From the human T2T-CHM13v2.0 reference genome, Homo sapiens, in assembly GCF_009914755.1 (NCBI RefSeq), contig NC_060939.1: DNA of 64,000 bases; one strand, 5' to 3'. The notes beneath the pieces are model-generated. The model did no database searches. It was not told where the DNA came from and saw only the letters and a list, made by a program, of their open reading frames with translations. Of the stretch, positions 1-11,100 are shown one piece after another (within the stretch, counting starts at the first letter, position 1; every line of letters starts with the position of its first letter). The translations under genes were made by a program, and so were the position numbers.

Positions 1-959
1 AAGAATTCTCTTGACATTACACTATGATAAATTTGAAATGTTTGACTTTAAAAAATATTTAAAATACTGACATTTGGCTGAATTGTATTTAGAAGCCTCA
101 TTGTGCATTATTTAAATTTCAGTTATTTTAAACCGTAGCATTTTTAATTGGCACCAAATACATTTGGCACTGTTGTTAATGTTATTAAATGCAAAGCTCT
201 TGAATAATTAATAATCTAACTAAATCATTTTTTAAAACTTAACAAGGAAAATATAATTATTCAGAAATCTCCTTACAGTCTGAGGCCAGTGCTTAGCCAT
301 GATCTGAAGCCAAAAATAAAAATAAAGTAGTTCTGAAAAGGTGCCTCTTTTTTTGTAGGAGCCTATTGACATTCTTTTGCCTTCAAAGTGAAATCATATT
401 CGGAGTGGAGGTGAGCTGCAGTCTCTATTGAGTGTAGCTTTTGAGAATTTAGGATTAGAATTCTCCTTTGTTCCAGAAGACCATCGTAATGGTGCACATT
501 TAGACATCAAAGCATTACTTTACGAGCACAGGCATGTTTTAATGTCCTATTACAGTTTGTAGACCTGTTTCTTTTGATAATGAAGATGTTGTGTCATCAA
601 GCCTAGCCTGGCACATACAAAACATATGCTGGCAGGTTATTAAAAATTTCAGCTTCTTGATGAAAGACTATCCTGCAGGCTAAGAGTCCAGAGAAAGACT
701 CCATTCTGGGAGAATTATTAGAAAGGAGAATATGACTGTAAGCACTAAATTATGTTAATACTTACAAATAGCATCACTTGCATAGCAGTTTATGATACGA
801 TACCGTGATTTTTCTCATTGGTATGTTGTAGGCAACAGATTAAAAACAGTGCTGTTTATGGGAGCTTGAACTCTTGAGATTCTCTTGCATCTTATGCAGA
901 TATTGGTTTTAGATGTAGACAAGATTCAGTGCAGACTCAAGTATCTAATATAAAGATCA

Positions 960-1324
<365 letters not shown>

Positions 1325-1591
1325 TTAAAATAGTCCTGAAGTCAGCAGATGCTGAAAAGTTGTAGTCACGGTTAAAAAAAAATCAGTAGAGACATGTAGG
1401 TGATTTTTAGGAAAAGCAGAATGTTACATGATGGCCAAAATGAAAACAGAACACACTCTATCATTTTTTTCTTGGTGACTTGGTACCAAGCCTATTCTCT
1501 TCATCCTACCAGCTAACAAAACCTACTTCCCCCAACAAGTTCCAGTAAACTCATTCACTTAAGTACTCTGCTCGTTAAGTTTTAATGAATC

Positions 1592-1644
1592 CACACTCTT
1601 GCACACACTCCAAACTCCACGTTCCCCAGTCGGGGGTATTTATT
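1592..1644 (-). terminator. Candidate poly(A) site of an antisense transcript (possibly IQCH-AS1)
   Basis: Minus-strand AATAAA at 1639-1644 followed about 20 nt later by a GT-rich tract (GTGGAGTTTGGAGTGTGTGCAAGAGTGTG); an antisense lncRNA is known to overlap IQCH. Confidence 0.4.
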
Positions 1645-2118
1645 TTCATTTAGGAGGAATAAAGGCTTAAACAAAGGAAGGCAAACATGTAGGGGAGAAA
1701 CATTCCTGGGTAAGCTCACCTAAGACAGTTTAGGGAGACCCAGGCAGACATTTACTGTGGTACCAGTCCTTGTGGCTTTTTTCCATTTTTTTCTTTAAGG
1801 GTGTCTTCCTTTCCTCAATTCCTGGGACATTGGCTTAGTGGCAGTGATGCTACTGGTGACACTGCTTTGCAAGAGATCTTTGTAGAACAATTTCTGTGTG
1901 TAAAGAACTAAGCCAGTTTACTTTCAAGTTTCTCTGCAGCCCTTCGTTGGGCCTCTGTTACCCTGGAGATTCTGGGATGTGGTCTTGGCATTACTATTTT
2001 ACCACTTAATGAGAAATAGGAAATTGAACTGGCTCTTGAATGCTTCTAGTAAACATTGCTATTTTAGCCCTTTGCAAGAGCAGTTTTACCTTTATTTGTA
2101 CTTTGATTTACTTTGTCT

Positions 2119-2215
2119 GACATTTGATATTAATTTGGGGATCACCAATGGAGAAAAAAACTAATTAGACATTTGATATTAATTTGGGGATCACAAAGGT
2201 AGGAGAAGAACTATG
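2119..2215. repeat. Imperfect tandem duplication, period 49 bp
   Basis: GACATTTGATATTAATTTGGGGATCAC identical at 2119-2145 and 2168-2194. Confidence 0.9.
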
Positions 2216-3388
2216 CCTGGAAAAGGTAGAATAAACCACAGTTGTTTTGCCTCCTTTTAGAACTAAGGCAGCAAACAGAAAACACAATTACAAAAGAGAA
2301 TCATTAACCATTTCATGCCATAGAGCTCCCTGCATCTCCACCTCCATTGTGAAGACCTCTGTCCATTCAGAATGGCCCTGGAACTAGGTCACAGGAGCCA
2401 TTGCAGGATGGCAGAGCTCGTTGTCCCGTCTAGAATTTAGTAGGTATTTATTAGGTGATCCCAAAGAGCCATTGCTTGTAATCACATCATTTTTAGAAAA
2501 GTTTAAAGATAACAAGATTAAAAAAAATTTAAAAGTACATAATCACTGTCCCCAAACATAGTTGTTTTCATTTTTGTATATTAATTTCTAAATATGCAGT
2601 ATTTCTTTCTCATAGCTACAATAATAGTGTATATGCTAGTTAAACATCAGATCTTAAATATTTTCCATGTTTATACATAGTCGTCACAATTATTAGATGC
2701 ATAATATTCTCTCATATTGATGAACTCTAATATATTGAACAATTCAACTAAGTTGGAAATTTAGGCTATTCCCAGCTTTCATTTTTTGGCAGTGGGAGGA
2801 AAGAGGGAGGAAAGATTTGTTTGTTTTTATATTTGGTTTTTGTATACACCTCTTTTTGCTTCTGTTGAGTTACTTCCCGAGGAGAAAGACCCAGGAGTAG
2901 AATATTTTATGGCTTTTGTTACATATTGCCATATTCCTAAAAAGATAGTACCAATTTCCAAAGCAACTGGCAGAGAATAAGAATACTAGTTTTACCACAA
3001 CCTTACCACCAATGGATATTATGAACTATTTGCACTTTTATTTTAGATATAAGAATCCAGCTTCTCATTGCTATTATTTGATTACTAGCAAGGGATATTC
3101 TTTTTTCATGTCCTTATTATTTGTGTTTTATATCAAAAATGCAAGATCTTTATTTTTTAATCTAGATTTTCTAGGTTAAGAAAAAATCTAGGTTATTATT
3201 TTTTCCAGTCATGAAACTACATATAAATGATTATTGTTCACTTGTTTTTATATTTATTTTTATATGTTGAAATCTTGATGTCTTAGATTATCTTTATGTA
3301 TTTAGTGGTTGCCAGAACACTGAGATTAAGCATTTTGTAGATCTATGAATGCACTGTTAAGGTGTTGACATTTCCTTGTATTTCTTTG

Positions 3389-3390
<2 letters not shown>

Positions 3391-3420
<30 letters not shown>
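3391..3420. repeat. (ATC)10 microsatellite
   Basis: Read directly. Confidence 0.97.
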
Positions 3421-3421
<1 letters not shown>

Positions 3422-3680
3422 ATAAATACTGCAGAGTACCTACTGGGTACCAGGTATTGTGCTAAGCACGTTACATGAATTGTCTCATTTAAACTCAGAA
3501 AAACCCTGAGGTTTTTACTCATTTACTTCCACACCAATTTAAGATATAAGGAAGGTATTACTTCTGTTTACAGATGAAGAAACTTATTCTCAAGAAGTGA
3601 CTTGCCCAAATTTATAGCTAATAAATGATTGTGCCTTGCTTTGAACCCACATCTGACTGCTGCTAGCCCAGTGCTTTTGC
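3421..3680 (-). mobile_element. MIR
   Basis: tgtgctaagcac...tttacagatgaagaaact...gtgacttgcccaa...tttgaaccca core. Confidence 0.8.
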
Positions 3681-4234
3681 CACACTGAGCCAAGTACATT
3701 TAGGAAAGACCTTATTTGAAAGTCCTGGGAAGTGTTCTCCCTCAGGTCCTTGCCTTTGTGACTCATACCGTGTGCTGCCCTTGTGGCAAGCTTTCTGCTT
3801 TCCAGAGATTTGTGGGAAACGCAAATATTCCTGGAACACAGAGGCCACTGCTCTCAAATTTCTTCCCTTTCCTAGATAACAGAAGAGCTGGTCTCCTTTT
3901 CCCACAAGGCAGCAAACTGGGAGGTGTAGGGGGCCATCAATACACACACCTCAGAGCTGGAGAGGAGGAGCCCTGCCTAGGAGTTTCTAGGATTCAGCTC
4001 TTGCAACCCAACTGCCTCATATACCTGGTTATGTGCATGGGTGATGAGAGAGAATTTTAGACATCACCCTTTGGTTGTTCATGGGAATGACAGATTTTCA
4101 ATGCCTTTCTCAATTTAATACACTATCGTGATCATTTTAGTGAGCCTGTAAATTCCCAAAAAGCTTTGAGTAGCCCACCTTCACAATCAGATGTAGCATT
4201 AAAAATATGGTAAGCATTTAAAACCCTTGTTTTT

Positions 4235-4519
4235 AGCCCAGTGCAGTCGATCACTCCTGTAATATTTTGTAATCCCAACACTTTGGAAGGCTGAGGTGGG
4301 AGTTGGCTTGAGGCCAGGAGTTCAAGACCAGCCTGGGCAATATAGTGAGACCCTATCTCTACAAAAAATTTAAAAATTAGGTGTGTGCCTGTAGTTCCAG
4401 CTACTTAGGAGCCTGAAGAAAGAGGATCACTCGAGCCCAGGAGTTTGAGGCTGCAATGAGTCATGACTGCACCACCACTCTCCAGCCTGGGTGACAGAAC
4501 AAGACTCCTATCTCTAAAA
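4235..4519 (+). mobile_element. AluJ
   Basis: Diverged Alu dimer with gaggctgcaatgag and ttgaggccagg motifs. Confidence 0.9.
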
Positions 4520-4704
4520 GCAGAAACACCCTGTTTTTTAAAAAAATAAGCAACCAAATATTTTGTTTTTGTTTTAATTTTTTTAGTCTCCTATTCCAGG
4601 TTGACATAGTAAACTGCCTTTTAAGCAGAATGAGTGTTGGAACAGGCTAGTCATTCAGGGTAACTAAGAGGTAGTTTGGCTTCCTGGGGTTCCATAGCCA
4701 GGGA

Positions 4705-4922
4705 CACCTAGGTTAGACTCCCATGCTCCCTGGGGGATAACTATAGGCAAATTACTTCAGCTCTCCAAGTCTCCCTTTCTCTATCTGTAAAGAGAGATTA
4801 GTACCTGTCTCATGGGGAAGTGGTGACAAGTAAATGAGATAATTCTATGAATTGGCTAGCAGTGTGCTTAGCACATAATAAGACTTTAAGAAATGCTACC
4901 TATTATTATTGTTGTTATTATT
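4705..4922 (+). mobile_element. MIR
   Basis: ggcaaattactt...tctgtaaaa...aaatgagataat...cttagcacataataag...tattattatt. Confidence 0.8.
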
Positions 4923-7900
4923 ACCATAAAATTGTATTATAACAAAATACAGGTAACATTGAACAAGTACATACAACTTAATCTTTCTTTGGTGATTCAG
5001 AAGGTTCTTTAGGCTCTGGTAGGCTTCCAGGATATTGCTGTCTATGTCCATCAGCCATCATTATATGGGGTTGTGGCTGTTGAAGATACAGAATGTTGGT
5101 TGATCCAGTTGTTCCCAGCCTATGCTTTACCCAGACAGTGCCTTGGAAAGAATAAGTCTTCATAGCAGCCTGCTTTCTTATCATTTAGAAATATAAAACA
5201 GTTCCATTTATTTGAACTTTCTATGAGTTGAATAAAGAGGCTTGACAAAGTAGAGATTATTCTGACCGGAAGATTGCAACCCAGTGGCTTTATTTTCTGG
5301 TTCCAGTTGGTGTATTTTCTAATTAGTGTAGCAGCACGTCACCACAATCATTGGAAAGTCTTAATCATTTACATATTTGTCTTCATCTCTGAGAATGACT
5401 TAGAATGTTTTCTTCCAGTTCAGTGGTTATTTTCATGAAGCTGCCAGGGTTGAGTTTGAGGTGTTTCTCTGTGCCTGAGGAAGATGACAGGAGAAGGAAA
5501 ATTGCCTCCCCAAGTGAAATGAAAGCCAGGGTACCCCTTCTGAGGACCTATAATAATCAGCTACCCAAGCTGTTGGTTTGTGTGTCCTATTGATTTAATA
5601 TGCTTCTAATCAGTACATAAAGCTATGGGCCTGCAGTGTTAATTTTTAATATGCTTACAAAGTACCCTTTGATTTTCTGTCACACGTTAATTACAGCGTT
5701 TTGCCATTAAATAGGAAGCTTTGTGTAAACTAATTACTAGGTAATCATTGTCTACTGCAAGCGTGCTGTTTGTACCTTTTATTTTATTCTAAAAATGCAC
5801 AGATCCCACAGTCTGGAAACACTCTACCTTCCAGCCATTAGCTCTCACTAATTCATAGCATTATTGTGGTGAGAGTGTAGGAGTTGTAATTGTTGTGGTA
5901 TCAGAGCTGTTAATTACCGGAGTAAACAGTTGAAATGGTGCCAAGGTCTATTGTACAAGGCAGAGAAAAGGAGGTTTAAATGTTACTCCCACCATCTGGG
6001 GACTGGAGGAGAGGCAAATGCTTGAAAACAGCAGTGAGGCGCTATCGCCGCTTCAGCTCCAGGGTTGGCGGCCATATGGATCCCGAATATTTTGAATCAA
6101 TTGAATTTAACTACCAGTTTTTCGCAATAACAGCATGGAAGGAAGGAATAAAGCAAAAGATGAGAGGAACGAGAATTGGTTAGTGTTCTCACATCCAGGA
6201 AGTCCCTGTTGGAGGTCTTTTGGAAAGGTCCGCTTTGCTGAAAACCACAGAGCAGGCATGGGCATTTGGAACCGTTTCAGAATGAGTTTTACTCTCCTCT
6301 GACGGTGACTGCGCCATTTGCTTCTGGTCGTCTGTCCTTGGTGCCCCTCGGTGAGACAGGGATGCCCTTGAGAAAACTCAGACTTTCCTGTGACTGTGCC
6401 AGATCCAACAAAAATCCTGACTTTGGAATTCACTAATTTACCGTCCTGGTATTTTCACAAGCATGGTCTGTGGAAAGAAAACAATCAATATATAATGCTA
6501 CTACATCTGCCTCAAGTGTATGCATCTGTATGTGTGGAAATATCAAACAAGGCACAGCTCTTCACTCTGATTAACTAAAGTCACTGCTTGCCCATTCCTT
6601 TTGCATAAAATTAAAATATAAATTCTCCTGATAGTCTCTCATTTCATTCCACAAACTTACTCCTCTCCCCCACTACTTGAATGAAAAATCAAGTTCAAAG
6701 GGCACATGTGTTTCCTTTTGTTTTTAATTTTCAATTAAAGAGCTTTCATCAGCATATGCAATTTTCTCAACCAGCGATATTTCTCTAACTGGAAAGAAAG
6801 ACCCTATTACCAGTAATGATAATTATGGCTACTTCTACTTATGGCTGATTTTAAAACCACATGGTTTCTGCTTTAAAATATTGCATGATCTTAGAACAGT
6901 CATATGTATTTACTTGATATCACTCTTATATTTTAATATAATTTCCTTAAAACCATTTTCCAATGTTAAAAACGTTTCTAAAACACCAGTCACTTGCTGC
7001 TGTAACTACTTTTTAATATCATTCCCCAAACATGAACATATTCTTCTTTTTTTAAACCACCCTGGATTATTTATCTTTAATTGTTCCTTTAGCAGATGTT
7101 GAAGTAATTCTGGGAGTAGTGTAAACAACTCCCTGAAAGAAAAGGATCACAGGCCCTCACATACACCATGAACCAAGGACAGGGCTTGTCGGGGCTTTGA
7201 TGATGGCAATTTTGTCCCAGGGAAAAATTTTCCTGCCTTTGTGTATGTGCAAATTTCAATTAAGAATTTCAAGAAGCATTTAATCTTTATCTATTGAAAC
7301 CCCCAGCATGCAGCGCGCACAGGGTGAGCCTAGAAAGAAAACCACAGCCCCCTGTGGTGAGAGGAAAAAAGATACAGCAATTTAAGTGCTGGAAAGTTGA
7401 AAGGGAATGAACCTCTCTAGTGTTTGTGGTCGGGGGCAAAGCAGTTGTGCTGAGCTTTGGAATGGAGGCACAACATATGTGCCTCAGTTGGACAAAACGC
7501 TTCTCGAGTCAAATCAACTGCTAGGCCTGCATGTTGGTGCAAGGTGGAGGCCTAGATAATGAGGGACAGACTCCTCGAGAAGCAGCGAGTGGATAATGCT
7601 ACATAAGTATGGAATTATATACCGCATTTTCACCATTCTGTTTAATGAGAGCCGCCACCACAGCGAATCACTTGCCACACAGCCGAAATGGGCCATTAGC
7701 TATCGAGGGAAAATTGTCTTTGCCGCTTTCAGCAGATGGAGCAAATATTTTACAAAGCAATTTTACATACCAAAAACATTTGTGTGCCTTGGTAATGTTG
7801 GCTGTTTTACATTATGTTACCTTCTACAGCAGCATAATTTTCCATCTCATCGAAGGCAAAGTTGGCATTTTTGATTTTTAAATTCTCAATTAACAATTAA

Positions 7901-8171
7901 ACATGGAGTATTAAAGCAGTCCTTAAACTTTAAGTAGGTGTGGGAAGTAGTTTATGACTTGCCAAAGACATTTTCATTTTTTCTTCATCCTCTCAGCATA
8001 TTTTTGCACTCTAAAGAGGGACTATTTCTAATAATCTTGATGGAAAGGAATGAGTGGAAACTCCACTGCTGATTGCAGAATGAGAGTTACCAGTGCACAC
8101 AGTGATCAGAGCATTTGCTGGCTTAAAACACCCATCATGGGTTGTGGATACACAGGTTGATTCCCCCATTT

Positions 8172-8780
8172 GCATCAGTTTAAAATGTTTTAAGTTTCAA
8201 GTAACAGAAAACCCAACTCAAAATGGCTTTTTAAATGATGAGAATGTATTATCTCAAAATGGCTTTAAAAATAAAGAGAATTTATTATGTCAGCTAACTA
8301 AAAATTCAAACATTGGTCTGGCTTCAGACAAGGCTCAATGATGTCACCAAGGACCCAGTTACTTTCCACTTCTGTATACTACACTCCATTCTAAGGCTGG
8401 CCATCCTTACGGTTACAAGATGGCTGCCAGTAGCTCCTGCAGTTTGTCCCTGCTCAAGGCAATAGGAAGAGAGAACATCTCATCTGGTAGCATTCTCAGA
8501 AGAGCATAAAGCTGCTTTCTCAGAAGCCCCAGGAAGTGCTTCCTAATATTTGATTGGTCTCATTGGGTCATTTGCCCATCCTGAACCAATCACTGTAGCC
8601 AGGATGTGGCTTTGCTCATCAGGGCCAATCCTTGCAGCTGAGTTGGGGGGCAACAATCTCAATCAACTCACATAGTTAGGCATGGGGAAAGTATTGGTCC
8701 TGAAAGAAGTTTGGAATATTATTACCCTGAAAGAGGGGACATAGATGCTGGGCAGCCAGTGACAAAGGCCCATGCTACCA
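8172..8780 (-). mobile_element. MLT1 (K/L-like) MaLR LTR
   Basis: caagtaacagaaaacccaactcaaaatggctt, caagatggctgcc and ctgaaccaatcactgt motifs; internal ~36-bp duplication near 8217-8288. Confidence 0.7.
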
Positions 8781-9710
8781 TATTTTCATACATTTGACAG
8801 CACTGACTTAGCATCACCTGTGGATGATATAATCCAGCCCAGACTGAGCACTTGTGCCTTGATGGCAGTTACCAGCACAGATTCCACTGCATCATGGCAC
8901 ACTGGTAGCAATTGGGTTTGAATCCCTGTTTTGCTACTTTATGGCAGTGTGACATGAAAAGGGGATGACACTGTCTACCTCAGAGAGTGGCTGAGATAAT
9001 AAATGTAAACCACCCCCACCCCACCCCTGCACATGCCTACCATATGGTGAGCTTTTAATTATTAAAAGCTTTTAGGATTTTAATAAAGCCTAAAAAGTGA
9101 CTAAAATGTATCCTGTGCACAGGGAGGCAGCCCTTCTAAATTCACCCTCAAATTTGGAACCCCTCCCTTCTCTCAATCTGTACCACTAGCTGATTCAAAT
9201 CCGGAGCACCTTTCATGGTGCTCCCCACTTTACACTCTGAAGAGGCAGCAGGGCCGGTGGGGAGCACTTACCCAGGAGTCAGAGGCAGCCAGAGAGCACC
9301 TGCGGCCTCCCAGTGTGACTGGAGAAGCCCTCGTTCCCTCTTTTGTGACATGAGGCATTTGTCCTAGATAGTCCACATGGCTCCTTTCAACACTGACAGT
9401 CTTGCTTACTTTTTCAGGTCATTGTCTTGCCCTTTTCACTCTCCAGTCCTTCATGTAGGGATGTCAGAAAGCATCTAGAAATCAGAACCATGTAGGCAGG
9501 TCCCTTGATTTTCTTTTGAACACCATCAGTGTCTGATATGGGAGATTTGAGGTGATTAACCAAAAAGTTATTAATTCACCACTGCAGATTGGCACATGAC
9601 CCAATTACACCAATGTGTGTCTGTATGTGTGTATGTGTGTGTAATACACACACACAGAGGCACTCTTGGAATTTACTTGGTTGGGGAAGCTAACTCTGTA
9701 GAGTTTGAAG

Positions 9711-9770
9711 TAGCTTTAGTCATTGAGTGCAGTATTAAGCTTTAGTCACTAGCTTTAGTCATTGAGTGCA
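9711..9770. repeat. Local duplication of a 21-bp unit with a partial third copy
   Basis: TAGCTTTAGTCATTGAGTGCA at 9711-9731 and 9750-9770; AGCTTTAGTCA at 9738-9748. Confidence 0.9.
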
Positions 9771-10387
9771 ATGGAGAGTCTACTGGCTTCCCCTAAGATA
9801 TCCTGAATTTCATTCATTCAGACATCTCTTCCTTCAAATTTACACTTTCTTGATAGAAAAAGAGAGAGCAAGAGGCAAGTTACATACTTGGTAGACAAGA
9901 ATCTCTGGGGTGCATCGGCCAGGCTGGTGGAGCCCCATGCTTTCTGCAGATGTCTTGGAACCTTCCAACGTCCTGACGATTGTTGATGCACTCTGAGAGG
10001 TAAATGTGGGCACTGGAAAAAGTGGAGGCAAGCCTGTGCAGTGGCAAAGATGGGGCTGAAGTTTCTTCTGATGGGAATTGCCCTAGAGCTATCAGCCCCA
10101 CAAAGCTAGCCGCTAATTGCATTCCCAGAGCCAGTGCAATCATGATGGAATGAAAATCTGGAATTCTGACTTTTTTCAAAAGTCAAGTGTATTTTTTCTA
10201 GCACTTGTTTATTATCAACAAGGTATATATTTTTATTTCCACACTTCCCAAGTCATTAGCTCTAAATGATCTGTTCAAAATGGATAATAGCCTCTCTGAA
10301 ACACTGATGTGGTCGCCCATCGTCCATCACCTTGTTGTTACTCAATGCAAAGCAAAAAAAACTTCCTAACTACTCATTTCACAAGTT

Positions 10388-10706
<319 letters not shown>

Positions 10707-11060
10707 TGAGATAAAGAAGATGTGCCCCTGTTGCTGGCTTATAACAGATATTCAATATATATACACTTTGGGAAGATAGAAAAGGGAGGAAGAAAGCAAG
10801 CTAGCAATGGTTCCCCTAACTCTGTTATTTTCTGTCTTTCATCATTTGTTGAAGCTCACTGAGTGATCTTACACAAGCCTCTTCATTCTAAGTGCCTCAG
10901 CTCCCATTTTAAAGCAAGAGAAATAACATGGTAGTGGCCACTGCAGAGTGTTGCTGAAAGTACTGAATGAGATCATGAATGTGAACCTGTGATGAGACAA
11001 AGTATTTTACAAATAGTATTCTAATGATTCACATGAATTGGAGTGTTTGTCTGTTATGGA

Positions 11061-11062
<2 letters not shown>

Positions 11063-11093
<31 letters not shown>

Positions 11094-11100
11094 TGTGTGT
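11063..11100. repeat. (GT)n microsatellite
   Basis: Read directly. Confidence 0.95.

Noticed and set aside
2119-2194. 27-bp direct repeats with a 22-bp spacer as a CRISPR-like array
   Set aside because: Only two copies, the spacer resembles the downstream flank, eukaryotic context; a simple duplication
5984-6003. CACCATCTGGGGA as a CTCF site
   Set aside because: Several core mismatches; too weak without ChIP data
7060-7164. Minus-strand acceptor at 7133 as the next antisense exon
   Set aside because: It would need a 32-nt intron after the 7164 donor, below the normal minimum; shows that such signals also arise by chance
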